A stretch of DNA of 64,000 nucleotides from Octopus vulgaris (Eukaryota): the NCBI GenBank assembly GCA_951406725.2, contig OX597815.1, positions 142,228,001 to 142,292,000 on the forward strand, given 5' to 3'. How positions within the stretch are numbered: the first letter of the stretch is position 1; every line of letters begins with the position of its first letter. Below are positions 39,900-53,334 of this stretch, one piece after another. The notes beneath the pieces were generated by a model that was not told the origin of the DNA, ran no database searches, and saw only the letters and a program-made list of their open reading frames with translations. The translations under genes and the position numbers were made by a program.

Positions 39900-40739
39900 T
39901 GTATGCATACATATACACATATATGTGCATGTGTATATTTTCATATTTAAGTAATTACATACACATCAAGTAAAGAAACACACAAGTACACACATTGGCG
40001 TACACGTATTGCATTTTTTCACAGAAAGTCCTTTTGCTAAAAAGGGAGTAGAAATCGTAAGTATATATAAATTTCTTTCAACGTTGGTCGTTTACTGGAT
40101 ATATTTTATGGATCTCTGCTATATTTTTATGCGCTTATGCAAAGAGACAAATCAAATAAACATTTCAGAATACATTTTGTGATTTTTTTTCGTTTTTTTT
40201 TTTTCTGTATCTGCATCTATTTCTTTCGATGGATTTTAAGATACAGCAATTCGCTTCCATTTTGAAAGTTTCTGGTATAAAATATATCGCTTAAGATATT
40301 AATGTTGCTTGCAGTTTTTGGTTTTACATACCTATGCATTTTTTGTTATTTATTCTTCCTCATAAAAACATTCAAATATACCACTTTTATTTCTGTTTCT
40401 TTCTTCTCAACAGGAGGAAGAACATTACTGCAAAACTTTTCAGAGACGGTCCATTGTTAGTTTATAAAGGAAGTGTTTATGTTTCTGTATCACTCAAACT
40501 GGGCTTCAAGACTAATGATATGGTTCATTCGAGATCAATATGTCACCCACTAATTATGAACAGAAATGTGCTGCAGACATTGAAACAGAAACGAGATATT
40601 CTCTGCTTAAAGGAATGCTGAAATATTTCAATGCGTGTGTGGGGAAGTGGTGCTGGCTTTGGTACGGAAGTACGCATTATTTTCACTAATCGCTTGTTAT
40701 TGACTAGTGAGAGAAAATTATCTATCTATCTATGTATCA

Positions 40740-40770
<31 letters not shown>

Positions 40771-41262
40771 CAGAGAGAGAGGGAGGGAGTGTGAGAGAGA
40801 GATACACAAATACAAGTGCGTGTCGGTGTGTGTGTGTGTAGATGTATGAGTCTACATACGATGTATAAACACTTTGAATAAATTAATACGCAATTTCAAA
40901 AGTTCAATCTTAGGCATAATTGCATGCGAACGATTTCAAAAGATAAACGTTTCCAGATAATGAATATTTTCAGAATATCTCGACGTTAACATGGAATTAA
41001 ATTTTGGTAGTTGTTTCTGTTTGCATACCCAAAGAATTAGCTATGTTCGTCTCTGCGTTATATTCGAAGCTAAATACGTTTTATCAGGGAAACCAGAAAA
41101 GAACCAAAAAATAAAGACCATTGATGTTATTTATATTTGTGTGTGCATATGTGTGTGTTTGGGTATTCATGAATATTCGTCGTTTTGTGTCAGCCATACA
41201 TACAAACATACATACATAAGTAATCGCAACTATTATATATCTACATATCCAAACCACCACCA

Positions 41263-41344
<82 letters not shown>

Positions 41345-43564
41345 GTATACAAAACGATCAAACAATAATAATTAAACAAGCAGATAAAGGTGGTGCAATT
41401 GTTAGTATGGATACCGAATACTATAAGGATTTGGTTGAAGACCAACTGAAGGATACAACCTTCTATTGTGAAATACCCGCAAATATAGACCACCACATCA
41501 TGAAAAAGATCAACAACCTGATCTCAACACACCACAACTCACTTATGGATAATGAAAAATACTACATCACCAATTTCGAACAAAAACCCAGCAACTTCTA
41601 CGGCTTACCAAAAATACACAAATCAAAAAATATTCAACAGACAGTAAAAGAACAAGAAAGTGAGTACATAAAATTATTACATCCAAAAGACCTAAAACTT
41701 AGACCTATTATAGCTGGTCCAGCATGCCCTCCACACCGCCTAAGCAATTTTATTGACATTGTTTTGAAACCACTATGTACTTACATACCAAGTTTCATCA
41801 GGGATGACATCGACTTCCTGTCCCATCTTCCCAAAACAACAGAAACAAATTCAGTTTTACTAAGTTTTGATGTGGTAAGCCTCTACACCAATATTCCACA
41901 CGATTTAGGAATAAAGGCGATTAAATACTGGTTAGTAAAACATAGAGACGTGATTCCCAGCAGATTCACAGTGCCATTTATATTAGACACAGTCAAACTT
42001 ATTCTAGAAAATAACACATTCTTCTTCAATGGAAAGAATTACATCCAAATTAGAGGCACGGCGATGGGAACGAGGTTTGCTCCCGTTTACGCCAACTCTG
42101 TAATGGGATACTTAGAACAACAACCCTACCAAGAGGTGGAGGTAAACTATGGCACTGGATTTAGAAAATATATTGAAAAGGCATGGAAGAGATACCTAGA
42201 CGACTGCTTCATAATCTGGACAGAATCTCTAAATACTCTGAAAGAGTTCAATATCCTCCTGGACAACCTACACCCATCTCTCCAATTTACAAAGGAGATG
42301 AGTAGTACCAAATTACCATTCCTGGATATAATGGTAATTAAAAAAGACACCACCATCACCACAGATATATACTATAAACACACAGACACACATCAATACC
42401 TAAATTTTAAGTCGTGCCATCCACCACATACAAAACGTAACATCCCATACTGCCTAGCCTGAAGAATTTGTACCATTGTAGAAGATGCAAATATCAGGAA
42501 CAAACGCCTAATAGAACTAAGAGAATTTTTGCTCAAACAAAAATACCCATCTCTACTTATAGAAAATGGCATACAGCGGGCTATAAAAATACCCATACAA
42601 CAACTTAGGACAACCCAAGGAAGAGGAAAACAAGAACAAGTCATACCATTCATAGTGACACACAACCCATGTCACCAGAATATCTTCAACATTGCCAAAG
42701 CAAACCTACCAATCATAGCCCAAAGTAATGAATTAAAAGACATAATCACGGATCGAGCTATGGTGCTTAGTAAAAGACAGCCTAAAATCTTGAAAACATT
42801 ACTAACAAAGGCAAAATTTGACCTCAGCAACATTCACGGTATCAAACCAAACATTCACGGTATCTAAATGCAATGATAGCCGATGTGGCACATGCCAATT
42901 CATACATACCGGTCAATATATAAACACAAAAACCGGGAAAATATTCACAAACGCGAATATGAACTGCAAAAGCAGAAATTTAATTTACTGCATCAAATGC
43001 CCAAATTGTGAAGAAATATATGTAGGTCAGACGGGAAACGCACTATTAGAACGCTCACGTGTACACCGGCAACAGATTAGAGACCCAGAGGTCCGTCAGA
43101 TACCTTTGAGTAACCACCTAGCAACATGTGGCCGGAAAATGTATATAATATTTCCGTTCTACAAATTACACAGCCCAAGTGAAATCGAGAGGAGAATCAG
43201 AGAAAAGAATTTTATTGATAAATTCGAACCCAAGCTAAATAAGCAATAATAATAATACTTAGAGGTATTACTTCCACTGCTACGACCATGACCACTAACA
43301 ACAACAACAATACTAAAGGTGATCAAGATGAAGATAGCAGGAAAATTATCTTATTTAGGGTTAAAAGTTCTATTGCCACCACCATCACCACTAGCAACAA
43401 TAATTAAGGTGCTGACAATGATGATGATGACAATTGAAATATAAAAATATAAAAATCCCTGACAAAGGATATTTACAACATTTCTAAAAATAACCCAACA
43501 ATTGCTGCTTCGGCCAGGGTCAATATACAGGACTCTTGACATGTCCAACAAAGCGTGATGCCTA

Positions 43565-43710
43565 AACCAATCAGCTCAACCAACCAATCAGCTTAAGTAA
43601 TTGAGTGATACTACACACTGATTGGTCAGAATACAGTTTGCAAAACCTAGCACTCTGGAGCCTACCCAGCTGTATTTATAGCACAGAATCAATCATCTTG
43701 CTACAGTCAA
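43565..43710 (+). promoter_or_regulatory. Putative pLTR Pol II promoter (three CCAAT boxes and a TATA-like box)
   Basis: aaccaatcagct at 43565 and 43582, ctgattggt at 43618, tatttata at 43673, upstream of the HHR. Confidence 0.5.
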
Positions 43711-43743
43711 AAATTGTGAAGCATGACTGTCAACACTACTACA

Positions 43744-43788
43744 TGAACCCGAAGATTGCAGAATTCAATGCATGAAAGTACTAGTTCA
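43744..43788 (+). ncRNA. Minimal type I HHR motif in PLE pLTR (U4C)
   Basis: UGAAC-CCGAAGA-U-UGCA-gaauucaa-UGCA-U-GAAA-GUAC-UA-GUUCA. Confidence 0.78.
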
Positions 43789-43917
43789 ATCAGAATGAAC
43801 ATTTAACATTCTACTATTTCATTTTATTTTATTCAATTATAATATATTATCTTATAATATATCATTATAAGATTGTAAATAAAATGTGAAAATCAGACAA
43901 GGTTGGAATTCTTTTTA

Positions 43918-43957
<40 letters not shown>

Positions 43958-44110
43958 ACGAGATTTATCTACGTGTCCAAACCACCACCAATATATATAT
44001 ATATATATATATATGATATATCTACAAATATGAAACGTTATATACCTATGTTGGCTGCGAATTTGCTTCGCAACAGTTGGAGTCTGGGATCCCACTGCGA
44101 GGTATCTTTA

Positions 44111-44156
44111 GACACCTACAGAAGGCTGGATGGTATATCAGCCCAAACGTTGTGTT
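44111..44156 (+). ncRNA. Degenerate HHR relic
   Basis: GACAC-CUACAGA-A-GGCUG..CAGCC-CAAA-CG-UU-GUGUU; helices retained, core mutated; downstream 44165-44226 recurs at 11193-11262. Confidence 0.5.
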
Positions 44157-45489
44157 AACAGCAGACAAGATGAGGACAAACATCCGTCGAATGTAAATAA
44201 TGTACACAATTCCTCATCTCTTAAATATATTAGGGTTTAAAGGTACATCAATTTTACCTTATCAGAAAGCAGCATTTGGAAGCTGGCATTTTCAGCATGA
44301 ATGTTGTCTATCACAAAATGAAATCAAAATCAAACAAAAGCGAAGCATTACAACGACTAAAGTTGTAAGAATTCCTTAAGTTTGAATGTTTTAACGAATA
44401 AAGTCATATGATACGGTTGAATAAACATGTAAATAGATTTAAAAGGAAAAAGATCGTCAAGGGATTATTTTGTGAAAAATTACACAAACTTGGCCTGATC
44501 AAGAGGCCTATCTGTCAGGGAAGTCATGGTCTGACATGGGATATATATATAAATTTATATTGAAGCATTCTATTGTAAAAAAAATGCTCGACAACGGCGG
44601 GCTATTCACGTATGGAAGAAAAGGAATAACATTATCTTTAGTTTTATTTTCTCAGAACGTTGGTTATGTTTTAATAAATCTTAATACGGTGATTTGAAAA
44701 CAAATATAAAAACCTTTACCTTTTACTTCTTAGTTTTACATCTGTTGTTGGATATACTGTTAAAATTTTGACTGAGCATACGATAGTTAATACACTAAAG
44801 CGAATGCGTTAATTAATAGGTAACTTTTTTTTTTATTCGCTGTTCCGTTCAGTAAACACTTTCTCTCTCTCACTCTGTCCTTGTCTCTCGTTCTCTCTCT
44901 CTCTCTCTCTCTCTCCCTCTCTTTGCCGGTCTACTCCTCCTACCTGATATTAGCAAGCCTCATTACAACCTTACAATCCTTGCACCCTTCTCATTTTATC
45001 ATATATTATCTCAACCCATATCAGAAGGGTGGATTATCGGTCCTTACTGAAACCTAATTCGTCTATAATTTAACTGGATATAAGTTTAAAATGTCTCGTG
45101 AAGGTTGGTTCACTGGTATAGGCAGCAGCATAGTAAAAAACGTAAAGGCGGACAGAAAGTGCCATTATATATATATATATATATATATATATACTCATGG
45201 CCAGTTGCTAACACGTTTGTAGCATTGTAAGGGTAATTTACACTCTATTTCTGTTTCAACAGCAGATCTGGGTTCAAAAAATATCTTTCTTATTTGTATC
45301 ATACTACGATCATGTCGACGCTTCTATTAGAAATAAATATTTGTTCATATTTATACACATATGTTGCACACACACACATACACACACACATATGTGTTTG
45401 TATTAAATAAATGTGTGTGCGTTAAATAAAATGAGACAACAAAGCCAAGGCAGTATGTAATTTTTAGGACTTTTATAAAGTGAAAGATA

Positions 45490-45536
45490 GACTTACAGCT
45501 GTTTCAGCGATATAAAGCTATCCAAACATCAGAGAC
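45490..45536 (-). ncRNA. Degenerate HHR relic
   Basis: GUCU-CUGAUGU...GAAA-CAGCUG-UA-AGUC; cttacagctgtttc also occurs near 19640. Confidence 0.4.
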
Positions 45537-45930
45537 GATATGCGAGAACTAAATAGAAGAGAATAGTAGATTTCAATATAAGAAGTTACTTTCGAAAAGG
45601 AGAGATATAATAAGTACAAAAGAAAGTATGAGGATAAGAAAACTATATGCTGGATGTTAAAGTTGCTGCTCCATTATAAAAGGAATGTGCTGTATAGAAA
45701 GGGTAGAGAGTCTTTTTGTCCACGGGATGTAAGTGCCGATAGGAATTCATATTTCGTTATTAGAAATGAATAGTTTGCAGATATTAATTCTATGTGCTGT
45801 TCATACAAAATGATCCTGTAGTGTTAATGAAATTTTGAGAATATAGAGTTAGGAGGAAGTAGATAGAGAGAAGAAAATAGTGAAGTATTCTGCCAGGAAG
45901 GAAATGGCATCGGTCAAAAGGAATAGGGGA

Positions 45931-45935
45931 GGAAA

Positions 45936-45972
<37 letters not shown>

Positions 45973-45974
45973 AC

Positions 45975-46017
<43 letters not shown>

Positions 46018-46041
46018 ACAGAAAAGAAAGAAAGAAAGAAA
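45931..46041. repeat. (GAAA)n microsatellite
   Basis: Direct reading. Confidence 0.95.
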
Positions 46042-47120
46042 GAGGAATAGAAAAGGAAGAAAGGAGTGCCGGTTTCATCTGCAAGAAAAGCAATTTAGGT
46101 GATGAGCTGACTCGCTTCATAGTTTGTGGAAATTTTCTTTGGAAAGGGGATTCATAGTTAGAGACTTTAATGTTCCTATTCATAGGGGGTATATCATTTT
46201 CGAATTTGTCAAGTTGCCGACTGTGTGGAGCATTTTGTAGGACCGAAGATTGTATGTGTTGGTCTTATTATCCCTACGGTGGTTACGGTTGTCATGGAAG
46301 GAGGATTCCACCTCGTTCTTCTGATGAGAAAAGGTTTTTGTGAATCGGTATGAACTTAAGAAAAGTGCCAGGTTTATCTAATATTTAAGTGTCACCTGTA
46401 ATTACGTGCTTATATTAGCAGGAAGCAATAATGTGAGAGGTTATATATACCTATGAGTAGGCGTACTCGTGTCTGTGTGTGTGCACGCATGGGTATATGC
46501 ATGCTCGCATGGATGAAAAGATACTGAAATGTTAAAAAAAAAAATATGAAATACAAATGCAACAATAATTTTAACCGTTTCTACTCTAAGACTCTCGTGG
46601 CTTTGCGCATAAAGATTTTTCATAGCTTATCATGTTTTATATGCATGTGATAATAATATAACTCCATAGTTTTATGGATTTTGGATTAAGGGAAGTAACC
46701 CTCAACTCAAAATCCGACACAAACAGATAACGTGTAAGCTACTAAGCATTCTGTAGACACGTGCAATCTTAATGCAAGATTTGGAAAGATTTGAAGCTTC
46801 TAGTACTGAGTGTTGTCAGTGTGTTGTGTATTTATGCACCTTATAATCTGAATTGAAACTGAGTTTTAATGCAAAATGCATACATGCTTACTTCGCTAGT
46901 GGGGTGAGAAAAACCCCATGCTTGAATATATATTCTAAAGGAACATCCACATTTAAATGGGAATAAATATTACCTCTTGGTATTAGTACTGCCTCTGTCG
47001 CTAATACATATTTCTTAAAAAGGTCACTGACTTATCGCAACACCCAATGCCTGTTCTAGCACTATCTTCTCTATATCGCTGGCGGGTAGGGGTTCTTGGT
47101 ACTCTAGCCGTCGAGCGTCC

Positions 47121-47210
47121 ATCACTGACGAGACCAATTAAGTCGAATTTAGTGATCTGTTGGTCTCAGCATTGGAGTTGATGAGGTTTTATCTCCATGT
47201 GACCGAAATA
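47121..47210 (+). ncRNA. Two adjacent HHR-like cores (degenerate)
   Basis: AUCA-CUGACGA-GAC-caauuaa-GUC-GAAU-UUAG-UGAU, then UUGAUGA-GGUU..GACC-GAAA. Confidence 0.45.
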
Positions 47211-47328
47211 AACAAGCGGGCATCTTGCATCCAGATCCTCTATGAGAGATTCTCTCATAGTATCAAATGCAGTAAAATTTGTTTTAATAGAACTTCCACG
47301 TTTAAGTGTGAATGGACATTACCTCTCG

Positions 47329-47402
<74 letters not shown>

Positions 47403-47516
47403 ATAGGTATGTACGTATGTATGTATGTAAATATGAATGACATTTACTAAATTTTGATGTGCCCTTTCAAAGGAATATAATCACAATATATGTTTAGTAT
47501 ATTTTGATATACTGTT

Positions 47517-47636
<120 letters not shown>

Positions 47637-48962
47637 AAATTGAACACATTGATGGCAATGTAACCTTTTGTGGAACAACTCTATGCAGCCTTACGTGTAA
47701 CTGAATAGGGATGTCGAAAGTTTTATAAAGGTTGCGTTAAAAAATATTTTTACGTTTCTAAAAGGTAAAAATGTCATGCAATCGAAACGCTGTTTGATAT
47801 TCCGAACTGCTTGTTGCAACGCTGAAATCCAACCACGCTTCCAGCATTAACATAATGCAACGTGTAATGTGAACATATTAAAATGTAAATGCTAAAAATC
47901 AAAAAAATTGACAACCTCAATAAAGTCCTATAACCCTTTAGAGTTAATACAGTTACAAACAAAAATGTAGAATCGGTTTCGCTATTAAACTCATTCAGTC
48001 CACAAATTGTATCACTCATTGCTGAACTTAAACTGATTATGTTTCAGTAGCAAACAAGCCAAAGATTAAATATGGATTTAAATGCAAATTTATGTGTTTA
48101 TTTCTGTTTAGAATATCAAGAAGAAATAATTCTGATTTAAGACCCCACTTTATCAAAGTAGAATTAATTCTGTATTCTTTTCAGTAATATTTCTTCGTGT
48201 AAATTATTCATATATTTAATGCGCTGTCAAGAACGGAGGTCCGTATCTCAGCTGAGAATCTGCGCATTTCTTTAAGATTTTAATAGGAGAAGAGCAAAAA
48301 AAAATACATATTGTAGTTTTGTATAATTTTCTTCCTATTGATTAGGACCTTGATAAAATCATTGATAATGTTATTTATGAGTATTAATAGCAATTACACT
48401 GTATTTCCCATCAACTACTTACGTTGAAATTAGCTGTAAATTACTATCATAATTATTTGCATGTACTTTAATATTCGTGGTCAAATAGGAAATATCTTTA
48501 TCGGAAAATTAAATGATACTTTCTCAGTTTACAGAAAGAATAATCAACACGAATCATCCACAACTTTTGCGAATCTTCTGCTCGGCTCTGAGATCGGAAG
48601 GAAATAATACTTAAATTTACCGCGTAATAAATTTAATTCAATCAAATTTACTCCTCTGAACGCCGGAACTATGAGCAATATCCTTTTACTGTCAATGTAC
48701 TTAAATCCTCCTCAACCTTCGTATATTAAACCGATGGTAAATTGGCAGTAACACACACAGGAGGTAAAAAATATTTATCTTGCTTTACAAATCTGGGCTT
48801 CTGTAAAATATATCGAATAAATTATTCCTGGTTCAGGCTCATAGCGTCCCGCCTTAAGCAACTGTACCATATTATAGCCCTAACCAACAAAATGCTACTG
48901 AAAGGAACCCCTTATATGTGTGTGTATGTGTGCATGTATGTATGTATGTATCTATCTATCTA

Positions 48963-49032
<70 letters not shown>

Positions 49033-49044
49033 TATATATGCATA

Positions 49045-50220
49045 TATACACGTCGTAGGAATAGCAAGGAATAACTTTATTCATCAACGTATGCACCCAT
49101 ATTGCCAGTGCACTTTAACATTTCAGCGGTAGCTTGTCCAGCATGGAACTGTAAAATCTTGGAAGGCTTGCTTTACAGCATCGTCGGAATTAAATTTTCC
49201 CTATCAAAATGTTATATAAATTCTGGATGAAGTGGTGGTCAGTGGGGGCAAGATCAGCGGAGTATGGTGGATGATGGAGAACTTCCAACTCCAACTTCTA
49301 TAGTTTCGCCGATGTCATTTGCGCGATGTGTGGTGTGAATTTGTCTTGCAATAAAACTGGAGTAGATTTGTTGACCAATCTAGGCTGTTGTTACAACTTT
49401 CTGCATCATTTGGTCCAGTTGGCTGCAGTATACTTCGGCCTTGATTGATGAGTCAGGTTCAATGAAATCATGAAGGACCACACTTGCGCCAGACCACCAA
49501 ACACATACCGTCAGCTTCGTTTGATGAATTTTGCCTTTTGGACTGTTTTAGTAGCTCGTCTTTATCCAGCCATTTTGGTGAACTTTTACGGTTGTTGTTT
49601 TAGATTCATTTCTCATCACATGTTACAATTCGATTAAAAAGTTATTCGTTTTGCTATTTCTGATTTTCATTGAATTCATATGGAGCCCAGTTATCCAAAT
49701 TTTTCACTTTACCGATTTGAACTAGGCGAGTAAATATATTTTGCTTGCTAACACCAAACAACAACGATAATTCACGGGCACGTTGAGGTGGATCTGATTC
49801 AACGGTGGCTTTCAGTTTGTCGTTACCCACCTTTGTTTCTAGTTGACCGCGTTGACCATTTGTGAGGTCAAAGTTACTAGAACGAAATTTTGCAAAGCAA
49901 TTTGATGCTGACTGCGGTGTAATAACAATAGAATGAAATAGTCCATTAATATTCCAAGCTGTCTGGCATGCTGTATTTCCAATAAAGCACTCATATTTCA
50001 AAACTGTACGAATTTCCGATTTATCCATCTCTAAACAAAAATAGCAATAAAAGATTTATAGATGCTTTATGAAGCGCAAAATGAGTTAGAATAAGAAAAC
50101 AAATGTGTCCGCTTTCTCACAAAATATAAAGAGTGTCACCATATAATAATGGCGCTAAATGAGAAGCTGTCAAAGTTTACCATATACCTTAGTAAAAATG
50201 TCCTACTTGACCTAATTTAT
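49045..50220 (-). mobile_element. Mariner (DD34D) transposon relic
   Basis: MDKSEIRTVLKYE HTH region, WAPYEF (WVPHEL), IVTCDEK, HHPPYSADLAPTDHHF; stops and frameshifts; TIRs decayed. Confidence 0.9.
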
Positions 50221-50484
50221 ATGATCGTTTATCATTTATTTCCTTGAAACATCTGTAAGACAAACTTTCGCTTTATAAACCTCCTAGCAATATCACATTA
50301 CCTCGTTCTTGTTATCTTATTTTATTTAATATATACACGGTGAAACACGACCCACCTTAGACTCTTCATTCATACGATTATTGAACCAGGAGTTTAACAG
50401 CGGTGCTTCCGTAGTACTTACATAGCTTTACCTGCCATTTGGGTCTTCTGGATACAAAAATATTTCATATATATATATATATAT

Positions 50485-50532
<48 letters not shown>

Positions 50533-52059
50533 GAAACTTATGGAGCTAGCAGTCAATATGTGTATTATATATATATATGTGTGTGTGTGTGTGTATGTAC
50601 ATAACTATCATGTGTGTGTCTTTATGCATTTGAGAGAGAGGGACAGAGAATAAGTGTATGCGTGTGTGCATGTGTGTGTGTACACCAGACGAATATATCC
50701 CTAAGTGTCATGAGATTTACGACACCAACTGGATGTTCACGGTTTGAAGACCTTTGCCTGTATGTATGCTAAACGATGGTGGATCAGGACTAAGATATAA
50801 AATCAAAAAATGATGTTTTCATTTTTCATTATGAATGAATACTTGAATTGTATTATTCATCTTTGAATGAACCTCTCAGATAAAACTACTTTTAGATTTT
50901 ATACGAACTAAATGTCTAATCCAGACTGCCGTATATATAAACATGGTAATTTCCTGATGAAATTTTCTTTTCGATTTACGCTATATTATTATAGCGATAG
51001 ATATTTCTTATTAAAAGATATTTCTTCTAACTGGTTGATTAACCAAAATGAGATTTGTCCTTCATGTTGTACGCATTATAATCGTTTTTATGTGACCTTT
51101 CTCTCTCTGTAGTTAACATTGTGCAGCTACTCTTATAATGCCCGAAATACAAATACAATCTGATATATGAGTCGTGTTAAATTATATATTTCATCCAGAA
51201 GCTGTAAATGAATTCATGAAAATACTGATTTCAAATCCTTAATTTACACTTTTTCAACATATCTCTATTCAATTTCACCTCTCCTGTTAAGCTGTTTCAG
51301 TATTATTTCTACACCGTAAGCCTAACACAGTATTTCGTATTGTTTCCAGTTGTAACTTTTCTATCTCTACTTCGCAGCAACGTATTGCTCTATGAAGCGC
51401 TATTGGCATGATTGTAAATACGCTAAAATTACTTCAATCTCCCATCCTACTGAAGAGAATTTAATTGATTCAATAAATCAATTGGTGTAGACAGTTAAAT
51501 ATATCAGATATCCACTTACTTGTATTATGAACAGACGCTATAATTTCTCAATAAATAATTCACATCAGGGATTGTAAATATCGTAACAGATACATTTAGA
51601 GACGTCAATATAATGCATCTTATAGGACGTGAATGATGTATTATACGTAAATAGATATAATAAAGATGCAACTAAAGTCAGAGTAAATTGTCCTGTCTGT
51701 CCTTCCCAGTAGTAACATATCCAGTTATGTAGAAATACCACTGACTGCAAAATGATTCAGAAACATTAAGTATGCAGTAATTTTTAGTACATCATTAATC
51801 TCTAAACAGGATAAATATAGTGTGTCATGTTTTAGGTCCTATATTTTAGAGCTCAAAATACACACCTGAATTTGCAGTGAACTTCCTCCAATTAGAGACC
51901 ACATGATGCTCTAAGTATGCATATTTATAATATAATTTGCAACTCTATTTTGAATAAACATTTCAGAAGAACTTAAAGTAATCGTCCTGCTCTGCTAGTA
52001 CAGTATATACTTTCTTTATCATTTGACACAAAACATATTTAATAGTATTATTATGTTTA

Positions 52060-52620
52060 TTTACCAGTCTCCCTTGTTCTTTAACGGCAGCTGCGATTCA
52101 AGCATCCAATTAAGTTTTCTGCTTCCCCTCATGAATGAATACGGAACGACCAATTTAAACTCCTCCACTTGCCTCTGTAACGTCCCAATACCATGACGAG
52201 TACGCAGAAGAGACTTTCTTGAGAAAATCACAATCTCAATCTTTGGAACACTAATTCTTATATTTATATTGCCGCACTCTGTAACGAATCCATTCAGGGT
52301 ATAAAGGATATCATCTACTGATAATCCAAATAGCACCATGTCGCCTGCAAATATTAACCGACCGACCCTACACTCAGAGACTATAATGCCACATCCGCAA
52401 TGGCTGTGCATATCAGCCCGGTTCATAAAAAGACAGGTGATGATACACACATCTGCAGACCTCCAATAGCCATGCTAAAGCGTTTTCACTTAAAATAATT
52501 TACACAGGGATTTGTATAAGGGATTTCACAACAACCTGAATTTGCTCATTAATCCCTCACTTCATCAAAACCATTCCGCGATAACTGGTCACATGCCAAG
52601 GTCTTAATATTCAATTATGG
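52060..52620 (-). mobile_element. Old RTE-like LINE RT relic
   Basis: LFMNRADMHS...RLIFAGDMVLFG...ECGNINIRISVPKIE, resembling LLFADDLVL...MKIS..KTE. Confidence 0.6.
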
Positions 52621-52849
52621 CCTTAAACGCCGGGTATTCTATATCAAACTACATCATTTGAGAGAGAAATTAATAAAATAATGTCATGTAGTTGGGAGAT
52701 CTCTCCCCATACACACCATGATATCTATTAATACAAAAATTCGTAACACAGCATTGTAACACAGTCAAGAAATTGACAGTTGAATGGAAGCGTTTATAGA
52801 ACACGAGAAATTTCTGTTGTCATACATAACATATCCACAGTTGCTTTCA

Positions 52850-53110
52850 TGCCCTGAAATTACAAATAACCCATTATATTTTTGAATTCCATATGTCAAA
52901 CACTCGTGGATATGCTCCTAAATTAAAAGCAATAATACGACACACATTACTTTCGGAAACATTTTTTCACAACTCAGAATTGTTGAAGCATGGAATAAAC
53001 TAACCGCATCAGTCGTTAGCTGTCGAGGCACTACATCCTTCGAAACTTCCATGCTTCCTGAAATACACATGATAGAGTTTATTGTCTCAGCTGTAGTGTA
53101 CCTGTGAACT
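52850..53110 (+). mobile_element. CR1-like LINE 3' fragment
   Basis: NTRGYAPKLK..., FRKHFFT, RIVEAWNKLTASVV across frameshifts. Confidence 0.65.
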
Positions 53111-53334
53111 GTGGGCAACAATTTCTTTCATATAAGATAATATTGAGAAAAACTGCTGAACTCACTTTTCTAATACAAAGGGTTCTCCCAGCAAGGCAAC
53201 GAAATCTTTCACATGACAATTATTTACTAAAACTTATTCCATCGGTGTTAGAATCCCTGATTCGTCGTATTGTCTCTGCATGTAGAACCCAATTCTTTAG
53301 CATGAAATGACTAATATATATATATATGTGGGTT

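Larger units (their letters stand above)
41341..43920 (+). mobile_element. Penelope-like element, 5'-truncated at the DKG motif: RT + GIY-YIG + 3' pLTR
   Basis: IIIKQADKGG, FYGLPKIHK, RPII, SFDVVSLYTNI, GTAMGT, RYLDD, FLDI, CNDSRCGTC, NLIYCIKC..CEEIYVGQTG; one in-frame TGA at 42460 and one frameshift near 42835; bounded by (TA)n tracts. Confidence 0.96.

Noticed and set aside
40390-40640. Strong polypyrimidine/CAG acceptor followed by a short open frame
   Set aside because: No recognisable protein, clear donor or partner exon; needs RNA-seq
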